DNA of 64,000 bases, taken from NCBI GenBank assembly GCA_964016885.1, contig OZ024743.1:99386001-99450000 (forward strand), in the 5' to 3' direction. The DNA is from Eledone cirrhosa. Lineage: Eukaryota. Of the stretch, positions 51,145 through 63,176 are shown piece by piece. A model generated the notes under the pieces. It ran no database searches and was not told the origin of the DNA. It saw only the letters and a program-made list of their open reading frames with translations. Every line of letters starts with the position of its first letter. Within the stretch, counting starts at the first letter, position 1. Both the position numbers and the translations under genes were made by a program.

Positions 51145-51306
51145 CATGGGCTACATGAGTCTACCTATGGTCTACCATGGGCTACATGAGTCTACCTATG
51201 GTCTACCATGGGCTACATGAATCTACCTATGGCTCTACCATGGGCTACATGAGTCTACCTATGGCTCTACCATGGGCTACATGAGTCTACCTATGGCTCT
51301 ACCATG
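51145..51306. repeat. 28-29-bp tandem repeat, ~5.5 copies
   Basis: CATGGGCTACATGAGTCTACCTATGG(C)TCTAC. Confidence 0.92.
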
Positions 51307-51777
51307 CACCACCAACTTCTACTCATTGCATTCCTTCATATTCTCTCACAGCTTAGATTTTCCTTGGTCTTCCTCAATTGCAGCTTCCTTCCACTAGGAA
51401 CGCCTGGCACTTCACCAAATGATAATCATCCTTGCACATCACATATCCATACCAGTACAGTCCTTTAAATGCTACATTGATTCTTCTTATACCCAGTTAC
51501 TCTCAGCTCATCAAAACTTTATCATCCATGCACATTAGCATAACACATCCATTTCGGAATGCTCACTTCATTTCTCCTCAGCTTTCTCATATCATCTGCA
51601 TTTACTGCTCATCTTTCCCTTCTATGCAGCATCACATTTCACACACAGGCATGAGACAGACAGCTTTTCGTTCATAGATAGAAATCCTTTGTTGTCAACA
51701 GAGATAGTAGTTTCCTAAACTTTTTCCATCCTGGCCTTATTCTAGCTCCTATGTTTTCACAGCAGCCTCATCTAATT

Positions 51778-52590
51778 CATCATCATCATCATCAACATCA
51801 TCATCATCATCATCATCATTTTACGTCCGCTCTTCCCTGCTTGCAAGGGTGGGACGGGTCTTATTGAGGACAGCATCTCTCCACTTGTCACAGTCCTTCG
51901 TCATCTCCACCGTGAGCTTCAGCGATCTGAGGTCTGTTCTCACCACCTCCGCCCATGTTTTTCGTGGTCTACCTCTACCACGTCTTCCTTCAACTGGCAT
52001 TTCCTGGCACTTCTTCACCCATCGGTCATCCTCCATGCGCATCACATGTCCATACCACCTCAGTCTCCTCTCCCGTACACTACATTCTATCCCTCTCAGA
52101 CACAGTTTCTCTCTCAACACATTCATGCTGGGTCGTTCACGCACATTTACACTGCACATCCAACGGAGCATGCTTGTCTCATTTCTCTCCAGCCGTCGCA
52201 TATCCTCTGCAGTTGCTGCCCATGTCTCACTACCATGCAACATCGCGCTCCTCACACAGGCATCATATAACCGGCCTTTCGTACGCAGGGAGAAACCCTT
52301 CTTCATCAGCAGAGGAAGCAGCTCCCTAAACTTCTTCCAACCCGTCCTTATTCTAGATACTATGGCCTCGGAACACCCCCTCCCATGCTAATCTGATCTC
52401 CTAGGTACCGGAAGCTATCCACCACTTCTATAGCACCCACCTGCATTTGAAAAATGTGTCTATCAATGCGACTTCTACTGTCTAATTTCCCTGTACATCT
52501 ACTGCATACATATTTCTCCCTACCTGTTAGTTTGCCTGCTATCCCGCTACATCTCTTGTGTACCCAGGATCTGCATTGTGTGCATTTTAT
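51778..52590 (-). mobile_element. RTE LINE 3' fragment, third subfamily with almost no 3' UTR
   Basis: ORF 51821-52306 (KGRLYDACVRSAMLHGSETW...RGRGRPRKTW) ends directly at the (GAT)n tail; upstream PHD-like cysteines. Confidence 0.88.
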
Positions 52591-53179
52591 AGAATTATAT
52601 ATGTATATATATATATATAGCTGCTATATATTTGAGAGTGTATGTTTGTATGCGTGTGTGTATGTGACTGAAAGGCTCCAAAATGGTGCTTCCTAGGGAA
52701 AAACAGATTTGATTTTCAAAGTCCGCATCCCAAGAAATAAGAGAAAATAATAAAAGAAAAACAAAAAAAACCTAGAAAATAGTAGTCTGGTATTTATTGA
52801 TTGTCTCATGTATTCATTCAATGTGACCTTTCTATTCCATTCATCCATGCCATCAGCAGGGGCCATTGTTTTTGCTATGAGGCAGAGAGTTGTCTTCACA
52901 GAACTCACCTGATGTTTATGACAAGATGCTCACACTAAAGTACACAACAAGCCATTGATACAACTTCAATATACAGCTCTGCTGAGTAAATTTCCATAGA
53001 AACCACCTTGGGGACAATTGACGATTCATGGGGACAGGCCACAGGGAATATGTAACAGGTTAGACACAGGGGAGACATGATCTGACATAGAATAAAAAAA
53101 ATGAAAGAAAGGCATTCTATGGTGAAAACTGGCCAGCAACAATGGACTGCTTTGTTAGCATGTGTATATTTTATATATA

Positions 53180-53791
53180 TATGATGCGCATGAAAGACGA
53201 CAGCTGTATAAAAAATTGCAAGACAATAAAAATTGATGGAAGTTACGGAGTAGGTAGACTCAGAAAAGACTGGGATGACATGATAAATTCCGACCTTATA
53301 CACTTGCACCTCTCTAAGACAATGTCACTGGACAGAGATCTTTGGCGCCATGCAATAATACAGAAAACCCGCCTTCCCTATGTGCAAAACTAACCTACAG
53401 TCAGTAGGCCCCTCTAACCCAAACACACCCCAACCCACTACCCCATTCCATCCTCCCACTCCCACCAACACCACCCTTTCTCTGTAAAGTTATGCTGGTA
53501 CCACAACATCCAGTCCAAACTAATGAGATCGTGTAGGTGTCACAACAAAAATACACACAGTCCACACTGTAATGTGGTCATGTAGGTAACATGGTAAAAT
53601 GTTCCCAGTCCACACTGTAAATGTGGTTGGTGTTAGGAAGGGCATCTAGCTGTAGAAAACCTGCCAGATAGTCCTATAAGAGTGAGACACGGTCACCCAA
53701 CCAATCTTACCTCAAGTGGGAGAACTCCCGTCTAACCCATGCTAGCGTGGAAGAACAGATGTAAAATGGTGATGATGATGATGATGATGAT
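53180..53791 (+). mobile_element. RTE LINE 3' fragment
   Basis: MRMKDDSCIK... C-terminus, 3' UTR, (GAT)n tail, (TA)n flanks. Confidence 0.88.
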
Positions 53792-53794
53792 ATA

Positions 53795-53898
53795 TATAAT
53801 AAATAAGAGAGACGGTTTTATTCGTATACCTTCATTTATTTACGAACTAGTAAATAAATAAAGATGTACAAATAAAGCTGTCTCTCTTATTTGTTATA
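53795..53898. repeat. Imperfect ~104-nt fold-back palindrome
   Basis: ATAATAAATAAGAGAGAC...ATTTATTTAC-GAACTA-GTAAATAAAT...GTCTCTCTTATTTGTTAT. Confidence 0.8.
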
Positions 53899-54294
53899 CT
53901 AAAACCCTGGACGATACCTTACGGAGAAAACCCTAAGGAATAAAAACTGACGAGTACTTCACAACTGCAAATTTCTTCAACTGAATAATATATATATACA
54001 AATTTACCGAAGATATATATATACACAAGTATAGACATACATATGAGGGAGTCCACCCATGTTTACTTTTCCCAAATATAACTTTATATATATTTTTTAA
54101 TTTGATATATTAGCTCCTAATTCCTTTCTATATATAAGTAGAGCTTATTAAGTTGAATGGTTGTGAGCTGCTATTTCTAGCGGTCTTTTGGTCCATTCAC
54201 ACCACCATGGGCTATATAATGCACATCTTTTCTCTCTATACTGCGTTTTCTTAGTTATGATATATTTTTAGGAGTGTCGATCATATTGTATGTC

Positions 54295-54374
54295 CACCTG
54301 CCGACGAGCCCTCTACAATATGTAATCTTCACTTTTTGTGGTGAAACATACTCTAATTAGAGCATGTCCAGGTG
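54295..54374 (+). ncRNA. Type-I hammerhead ribozyme with a U4C core change
   Basis: Stem I CACCTG/CAGGTG, core CCGACGA (consensus CUGAnGA), stem II GCC/GGT, GAAA at 54343-54346, stem III CATACTCT-AATT-AGAGCATG, GUC cleavage triplet ending at 54368. Confidence 0.68.
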
Positions 54375-55787
54375 TTATAGTTATTATTGGATGGTTAGTA
54401 CAGTTTAATTTATTCTTTTCATTGATCTATATTCACCTTTACTTTTGTAGACAATATATCCATCACTCTGGTGGCTTTTTATCCCCTATCATTAAACACA
54501 CACCTCTATGTGAACTTCTCTCTATATACTGATATATACATATATATATATATACATACACACATATATAGATATATATATTATATATAGATATATAGAT
54601 AGATTATATATAGATATATAGATAGATACATAGATAGGTAGGTAGGTAGATATATCATCATCATCAACATCATCGTTTAACATCCATTTTCCACTCTAGC
54701 ATGGGTTAGATGAACTGTCCCATTGTGAGACAAGCAAGGTCAGAGGAACATGTTTTGCTCACACAGAACTGATTTGGGCTTGGTTTCTACAGCTGGATGC
54801 CCTCCCTAATGCCAACCACATTTACAGTATGTACTAGGTGATTTTTGTCATGATACTTACATGACCACTTTACCATGTGGTCTGGGCACTTTTTACTGTG
54901 ACTCCTACAGGACCACTTTACAATGAAGACTGGGTGCTTTTTGTTGTCACCAACACGACCACTTTACAGTGTGGGCTGCGTGTTTTTTGTCATGACACCT
55001 ATACAAGCTTTGTCCTCTGCACAGTGCCCAGGCCTTGCTACCATACAACGTTGCTGTTCATATACATGCATCATACAGTCTGCCTTTCATTTTGAAGGAA
55101 AAACCATTTGTAGTTAGTATCGGTAGTAACTCCCTGAACCTTTTCCAATGTATATATATATATATATATATACACACACAAAAATTGCTACAGTAAGATT
55201 GTTACATTTCACATTGGTAAATAATTTTAGAAAAGACATATTGATTGCAGTCTCATTCAGTGAGCGGAAATCCATGAAATTTATAAGAGAAATAGATAAT
55301 GTACCACAGGTGGCCTTTCCAAAATAGTGGTGGGGAAACAAAGTTGTAATATAGATTACTAAGACATGAGTGGCTGCTTAAGTACAGCAATAACAAAGAC
55401 TGAACATGACAAGTGGAGAAGGAAAGTGAGGAAATAAGAACCTGAGATTGGGTTATATGAAAGCTAAATGATAGAAAGAGGTTTATCAATATTTCAACAG
55501 TTCCTCCAGTAGAAGAAAATATATTTCACAATGAAGCAATGATACAAATCTAAAGATTCAGAAACAGAAATATTAAGAATGTGAAGATTGTAAAAAAATA
55601 AAAAGTTCCTATAATACTGAGACCAATTGCATACCCCCACCCAGTCCCAGATTTTAAAAATACAAACATTTAAATAAGATCACAAGACTCACAGATGCAC
55701 TCCATACAAAACATAGCTTCTACTGACATTGAACATATATTACAGAATACATTATTAATATACAACAATAAATGCATACATATATAT

Positions 55788-55827
<40 letters not shown>

Positions 55828-55834
<7 letters not shown>

Positions 55835-56640
55835 ACATGGCAGTGAGACCTGGGCATTTTGTGCAGAGGATATACACAGACTGGAGAGAAATGAAGCTTA
55901 CATGCTCCGCTGGATGTGTAATAGTAATATACGTACTAAGTAACGAACTAAGGGAGAAATTAGAATAAGAGGGATCAGATGTTGGTATGGTCACGTGATG
56001 CGCATGAAAGACGACAGTCATATAAAAAAGTGCAGGACGATAAAAATAGACGGTAGCCACGGAGTAGGCAGACCCAGAAAAACCTGAGACGACTTGATAA
56101 ATTCCGACCTCACACACTTACACCTCTCCAAGACAATGTCACTGGACCGAGATCTTTGGCGCTACACAGTTATACAGAAGACCCGCCTTGCTTAAGTACA
56201 AAGCAAAACCTACAGTCAGTAGGCACCTCTAACAAAAATATACCCCCATCCCACTACCCCCACCCCCACCCCCTTAAATGTGAAGTTATGTTGGTACCAC
56301 AACATCCAGTCCGAAACAAATGAGGTCGTGTAGGTGTCACGACAAAAAAACACACAGTCCACGCTGTAATGTCGCCGTGTAGATAACACGGTAAAAACCT
56401 CCCAGTCCACACTGTAAATGTGGTTGGTGTTGGGAAGGACATCCAGCCGTAGAAAACCCGCCAGACGTGTGTCACGACAAAAAAAACACAGTCCACACTG
56501 TAATGTGGCCGTGTAGGTAACACGGTAAAAACCTCCCAGTCCACACTGGTCAGCCGACCGGACACTGCCCAGAACAGGACAACCCGTCTAACCCATGCTA
56601 GTATAGAAGAATGGATGTAAAACGGTGATGATCATGATGT
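55828..56640 (+). mobile_element. RTE LINE 3' fragment with internal deletions
   Basis: MLHGSETWAFCAEDIHRLERNEA..., 3' UTR units, (TA)n flanks. Confidence 0.85.
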
Positions 56641-56798
56641 ATATATATATATGTATATATATATATAGTGTGGAAGATGGACGTTAAACGAAAATCATGA
56701 TGATGATATATATATATATATATATTGTATGCATGAAGCATGGAAGAATGGACGTAAAATGGTGATGATGAGGATGTGTATATACATATATATATATA

Positions 56799-57685
56799 TC
56801 ATCATCATCATCATCATCATCACCGTTTTACGTCCGTTCTTCCACACTAGCATGGGTTAGACGGGTTGTCCTGTTGTGGGCAGTGTCTGGTCGGCTGACC
56901 ATGCCTTGCTCATACAGGAACTGATCTGGCTTGATTTCTACAGCTGGATGCCCTTCCTAACACCAACCTCATTTACAGTGAGTGCTGGGTGCTTTTTCGT
57001 GGCGCCTACACGTCCACTTTACAGTGTGGGCTGGGTGCTTTTTTGCCGTGGCACCTCCACGACCACCTTGCGGTGGGGGGGGGGCGTATGGTTTATATGC
57101 TTCAGCATGTACCCATGGGAGGTCGGGTACCCTGTATTACTGCGTGACGCCAGAAGTCACGGTCGTGTGTCATTGACTTTGAGAGGTGTAGTTGGGTAAG
57201 GTCGGCTTTTATCACCTCATCCCAAGTCATCTTGGGTCTCCCCACTCCGCGGTTTCCATCAACTTCTAGTGCTCTGCACCTTTTTATGCAGCTGTCATCC
57301 TTCATACGCATCACATGTCCATACCAGCGTAACCGCCTCTCCTGCACGCAGCATTTGATTCCTCTTATGCTCAGTCTCTCTCTCAATTCATTTATGCTTT
57401 GTCGTTCACGTATATTACTGTTACACATCCATCGGAGCATGCAGGCTTCGTTTCTCTCTAATCTACGTAAGTCTTCCACCTTCAGCGCCCAGGTCTCACT
57501 ACCATGCAACATCGCTGTTCGGATACACGCATCATACAGTCTGCCTTTCATTCTGAGGGAGAAGCCTTTTGCAGCTAGCAGTGGTAGTAGTTCCCTAAAC
57601 TTCTTCCATCCCGTTCTTACCCTAGTTATTGTACTTTCTGAGCACCCACCTCCGTTGCTAATTCGGTCACCTAGGTAGCAGAAGT
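56799..57685 (-). mobile_element. RTE LINE copy C (3' 0.9 kb, nearly identical to copy B)
   Basis: ORF 57102-57551 matches the C-terminus of the 826-aa ORF; (GAT)n tail; (TA)n flanks. Confidence 0.94.
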
Positions 57686-57737
57686 ATATATATATATATA
57701 TAGTGGTAGAACACTGGAAGGTAATATACGTAGTGGT

Positions 57738-57950
57738 AGAGCACTCAGTCCATGGGACGAGTTAGGTAGAAGTGGTTACACAACAGTTAGTTCACCATAC
57801 CGAGAACAATTGTTTCACCTTAGCGGATCCTCAGCTCGTAATGGCATTATGAGCTGAGGATCCGCTAAGGTGAAACAATTGTTCTCGGTATGGTGAACTA
57901 ACTGTTGTGTAACCACTTCTACCTAACTCGTCCCATGGACTGAGTGCTCT
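57738..57950. repeat. Near-perfect 213-nt fold-back palindrome containing hammerhead-like 3' half
   Basis: AGAGCACTCAGTCC...TAATGGCATTA...GGACTGAGTGCTCT, arms ~105 bp; GAA-ACAATTGT-T at 57872-57883. Confidence 0.95.
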
Positions 57951-58732
57951 GATTCCTGATGATTTCTAAAGAATGAAACAGTTCTAGTCCTGTAGAATCT
58001 CATCTATATTAAAACTTATATATATATATATATGTATGTAGCATGGAAGAATGGACGTAAAATGGTGATGATGATGATATATATATATAAATAAAGACAA
58101 ACAGAAATAAGAAAGTAAACGACCAGTACAATAAAGAAATATATTATTAGTTTTATGCTTGATATATATTCCTGCTATAGAAACCAAAAGAGGACTCTTT
58201 AGTTGTGTTATCGGTGTTACAGCATCTCTTGTGTTGGTGATCTCTATACAATAAACACAGCCTGTACACGTTGTAAAGTGGTTAGTGATAGGAAAGGTAT
58301 CCAGTCATAGAAAGCTTGCCAAAGAAAGAATTATGAAGACACCGCCTCAATTGTTTCAAATGCATGATAACCTTTCTAGTGCTGGTGCCCTGAAAATATG
58401 CACTCACTATAGTGTGGCACTTTATATAATTAAGATGTAGATCCCCAGCAAGTCTGGGAGAGAGGTCAGTAGAGCTGCTCCAGTGCTGACTCAGTCTGTG
58501 AAGACCTGTCTAATCCTTGTTAGCAGCGCAAGTAGATGTTAAGTAATGATGATGCTGATGATATCCATACATTAGGATTTATGAGGAAAAAGTACTCAAT
58601 GCGAATGTCAGAAGACAAGATGGTGTAAATAAAACAAAATTAAAATGAAGGAGAGACACAGGGAATAGGAATAATCATTGAAGAGGTTAAAGAATGTGTG
58701 ATGAAAAGGTTTATTAAATAAACATCTGGTTC

Positions 58733-59133
58733 AAATAATTGTTTCTACTTTAGGCACAAGGCCAGCAATTACCCAGTGCATTACTGGTACTTTATTTTAT
58801 CGACCCCGTAAGGATGAAAGGCAAAGTCAACCTCGGCGGGATTTGAACTCAGATCGTAAAGGGACGTAACTATGCTGGAAAGCATGGCGTCCGACCCTCT
58901 ACCGATACTGCCAATCCACCGCCTTGGTTCACATCTGGTTCAAATAATGATTTCTATTATAGGCACAAGGCTAGAAATTAGGGGGAGTGCATTACTGGTA
59001 CTTTATTTTATCAACCCCGTAAAGATGTAAGGCAAAGTTAACCTCGGCAGTCTTTGAACTCAGAACATAAAGGGCCATAACTCTATGCTGCAAAGAATGG
59101 TGTCTGATGTTCTACCGTTATTGCCAATCCACT
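58733..59133 (-). mobile_element. Two tandem family A SINEs
   Basis: Units at ~58735-58923 and 58945-59132. ACATCTGGTTCAAATAAT is repeated at 58722 and 58931, TSD-like. Confidence 0.88.
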
Positions 59134-59186
59134 GTGTGTGTATGCTTTTATATATAAACACATGGACATATATATACTTACATATG

Positions 59187-59655
59187 ATGTATGTATGTTC
59201 GTTTTATTTTAGAAATGTTCACCAATAGAGAGTCAGTTCTAACATAGACACAATAATTGGAATTTAGACATCAACTAGGTAAATGCACATTTATGTGTGT
59301 GTGTGGTATGAATGTTATTGCATGTGTTGGGTTATATGTGTACATGTGCAAATATTTCTGTATCTATGTGTGTGTTTATGCAGTTATTACATGCTGAATT
59401 TCTGAAATGTTTTACATATTTTTAAAGTTCCATTAATGGACTGCTGTACTTGCAACCTCCAAACTAACTGTACCCTTTTGGTTCTGTGTAGCCCAGCTTT
59501 TCAAGATTTGTACTGAGGCAGTTAGTAACATATCCCAGAGTCCCAATAATCACAGAGACAAATCTAAAGGTAAAGATAGGGTAGAGTATTTACAGATTCT
59601 TCAATATTTCAGCATAAATGTTCTCTTTTTTGCTAATCTTTAGCTTTATATTGAT
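59187..59655 (-). mobile_element. Short, diverged 3' fragment of an R4/Dong-like element
   Basis: Homologous to 59695-60180 (GALGYV, LEKLG, QVQ.SINGT region and 3' UTR). Confidence 0.8.
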
Positions 59656-59694
59656 GTATGTATGTATGTGTGTATGTATATATGTATGTATGTT

Positions 59695-61150
59695 CTTCTG
59701 GTTTTATAATTTCACAAAGTTTTACCAATAGAGAGAGAGTCGGTTTCTAACATAGACACAAGACTCTCTCATTGGAATTTATACATCAACTTGGTAGATA
59801 TGTATGCATGCATGTGTAGATATGGATGATATTGTATGTGTGGATGTGGATGTTTTGAGTTGTATGTGTGCATGTGTATATGCTTTGTATCTGTACATGT
59901 GTATATGCAGTTATTAGATGCAACATTTTTGGAATGTTGTACATATTTTTACTGTTCCATTAATGGATTGTACTTGTAATTTCTTAACTAGTTGTGTTCT
60001 TTCTGTTCCTGTGAAGCCTAGCTTCTCAAGATTTGTATTGAGGCAGTTACTAACATATCCCAGTGCCCCAATAATCACAGGCATAAATCTGAAGGTGTAA
60101 TCAGGGTGGAGTATCTGCAGATTTCTCATCAGTTCTGCATAAATATTCTTCTTTTCACTAATCTTTGATATTATATTGGTATCTGCTGGGCAGCTAATTT
60201 CCACTACTGTGCATGTTTTCTTCTCCCTGTCCCATATCATAATATCTGGTCTGTTATGCCTGCATTTTATTGGGGTTTTTACTGGAACATTCCACCAGTA
60301 CTCTTTCATATTATGTACATAGATGTCTTCCACATTGTTGTAGCTTTTAATGTGTTTATTATCGGGGCTATCTTTTTTACGAACTGCATTGTACAGTGTT
60401 TTGGCTACTACATCATGCCTCATAGGTAGATAGTACCGCGATGACATCTTTGGACAGCTGCTGATGACATGGGTGATATCCTCAATGTTAGTTCTGCAGA
60501 GTCTGCACTTGTTATCACATCTAGGTGTTTTGCCTGCATCCCTATCTCTTTTGTGAATCAGGCATTTCGTGCTAATCTCCTGTTCCTGGATTGCAAAAGC
60601 GTATCCTTCAAAGTGGGAGCCAATATAGCAGTTGTTGGTCCAAGATAGACTACTTTCCTTATCTATATTACTCTCACTCTGGAGCTTCCTGGCAACATAT
60701 CCATGCATGATTTTTTGCTGATAGGCATGCAGTTTTTCATCCATGGATTCACTGCGATACTACTGAGCGACATCCCTGGGTGTGAGTTTTTGATTATCAC
60801 ACAGGGAATATCTCTCAAGGAGTTCCTTCCCAACTCTCATGATCTTATCTGTTTCATGCAGATAGACTTGCTCGAGAAACGGGCTCCTACGCTTCGAGGT
60901 TCATAGATGTTGTCGGAGAGATATGATGCGACATTCAAATGTTGTCTGGACTGATGTCAGGCCTCTCCCTCCCTGCTTACGTTTCAAGTAAAGGCGGTCT
61001 ATGTCACTGTTGATGTGGAAGTTTCTGGTGTTGTTCAGTATTTTTCGAGTTCCAACATCAACTGCTCGGATTTCATCTATCGTCCAATTGAGTATTCCAA
61101 ACGTTGGTGTTAGGACAGGCACAGCAAACACATTGTGAGCCACTGTTTTG
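59695..61150 (-). mobile_element. R4/Dong-like non-LTR retrotransposon 3' part (CCHC knuckle + restriction-like endonuclease)
   Basis: RLYLKRKQGGRGL; FAIQEQ; CRLC...HVISSC; RHD; RPDIMIW...VEISCP...K; GALG motifs in ORFs 60901-61143 and 59914-60744. Confidence 0.9.
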
Positions 61151-61154
61151 TTTT

Positions 61155-61955
61155 GCTCAGAGAGTGATAGCTATGATGGAATCCATGGAGACTTTGTCAG
61201 GGCATTCTTCTAGGAGAAGGCAACTCAGGAAACTGGGATAACTCCGATATAAAACCTGCGGCTCAGTAGTTACCGATGATGTTGATCTTTTCTTCTTTTC
61301 GGGTTATAGCTACTGTCGCTCAGAGAGTGGGATTGGCTCAGTGCACAGTCTTTCTTCACTTTAAAAAATATCTTCACGCACAGGCATTGCACGATAGAAT
61401 TAATTAATAATTATTAATAATGGTATATCGTGCCATGGCCATACTTGATAGCGAGGGGCAACCACCATGTATGTATGTATGTATGCATGTATGTGTATGT
61501 GTGTGTGTATGTGTGTTTATATATTTATGTGTGTATGTATGTATGTATGACCCCTTAGCCTTTGTCAAGGCAGAATTCTAGGAGAAGGAAAACTCTGATA
61601 TAACACCTGCAACCCTGATGGTATCCAATGATGTTGACTTGTTCTTCTTTTTGGTAAATATCATCTTGGTTAAGAGAGTGGGACTGGCTTTGTGCAGTGC
61701 CTTTGCTCACTATAAAAGCTTCACAGCACAGGCATTGCTTTATATCTGGAGATCTCTCTGCACTTGTCATCACATGGTACCATGGGCCCTGCACTATGTG
61801 TCAATAATGGTCACAAGTGTAGTCTTTGTACCAGACTTTTCAAGTCGCTGGCTGGACTAAAAAGTCACATTCGTTCAGTGCATCGGTAGGGGTTCTCCTA
61901 CATGGATATAAAGTAGTGGCCGTACTCGAAAACGAGTTGGCAGCCACCATTTATG
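61155..61955 (+). mobile_element. Two related short non-autonomous RTE-derived elements ending in (TATG)n
   Basis: Both contain TTCTAGGAGAAGG(C/A)AACTC...GAGAGTGGGA.TGGCT...GCACAGGCATTGC (RTE 5' UTR-like as recalled). The second also has a C2H2-like FKSLAGLKSHIR remnant. Confidence 0.5.
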
Positions 61956-62001
61956 TATGTATGTGTGTGTGTTTATATATTTATGTATGTATGCGTGTAT
62001 G

Positions 62002-62033
<32 letters not shown>

Positions 62034-62181
62034 CGTGTATGTGTGTTTATATATTTATGTATGTATGTGTGAATGCGTGTTTATATATTTATGTATGTAT
62101 GTGTGCATATTCATGTTTTTCTCTGTGCATGTCTTTTACTTTGTATTTGACACTACTTGTAGTCATGACAAGTTTATATAA

Positions 62182-63176
62182 ACAAGTTCAGAGAGCTTAT
62201 ACCACTATTAGCCGCTAAAGGGTTCTCCCTAAAAATGAAAGGCAGGTTGTACGATGCCTGCATACGAACAGCAATGTTGCATGGCAGTGAGACCTGGGCA
62301 TTGTATGCAGAGGATATACGCAGACTAGAGAGGAACGAAGCTTGCATGCTCCGCTGGATGTGTAACAGTAATATACGTGAACGGCAAAGCATAAGCGAAC
62401 TAAGGAAAAAATTAGAAATAAGAGGGATCAGATGTTGTTTACTCGAGAGAAGGCTACGTTGGTATGGTCACGTGATGCGCATGAAGGACGATAGCTGTAT
62501 AACAAAGTGCAGGGCAATAAAGATAGACGGTAGCCACGGAATAGGCAGACCCAGAAAAACCTGGGACGAGCTGATAAATTCCGACCTCACACACTTACAC
62601 CTCACCAAGACAATGTCACTGGACCGAGACCTTTGGCGGTACTCAGTAATAGAGAAGACCCACCTTACCTAAATACAAAGTAAAACCTACTACAGTCAGT
62701 AGGCATCTCTAACAAAATACACCCCCATCCCACCACCCCCACCCCATCCACACCACCCCTTTCAATGTAAAGTTATGTTGGTGCCACAACATCCAGGCCG
62801 AAACAAATGAGATCGTGTAGTGTCACGTCAAAAAAACACACAGTTCACGCTGTAATGTGGCCGTGTAGGCAACACGGTAAAAACCTCCCAGCCCCACACT
62901 GTAAATGTGGTTGGTGTTAGGAAGGGCATCCAGCTGTAGAAAACCCGCCAGACAGTCCACACTGTAATGTGGCCGTGTAGGCAACACGGTAAAAACCTCC
63001 CAGCCCCACACTGTAAATGTGGTTGGTGTTAGGAAGGGCATCCAGCTGTAGAAAACCCGCCAGATAGTCCTATGCGAGCAAGATAATCACTCTTGCCTCA
63101 AGTGGGAAAACCCCCGTGCAAACCCATGCAAGCGTGGAACACGGACATTAAACGTTGATGATGATGATGATGATGA
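62182..63176 (+). mobile_element. RTE LINE 3' fragment with duplicated 3' UTR unit
   Basis: ORF 62235-62672; UTR unit duplicated at 62840-63065; (GAT)n tail. Confidence 0.92.

Noticed and set aside
52899-53050. Possible TULP4 exon ending CAG|GTGAGT at ~52908 (minus)
   Set aside because: In-frame stop a few codons upstream and no similarity to the expected TULP4 peptide.
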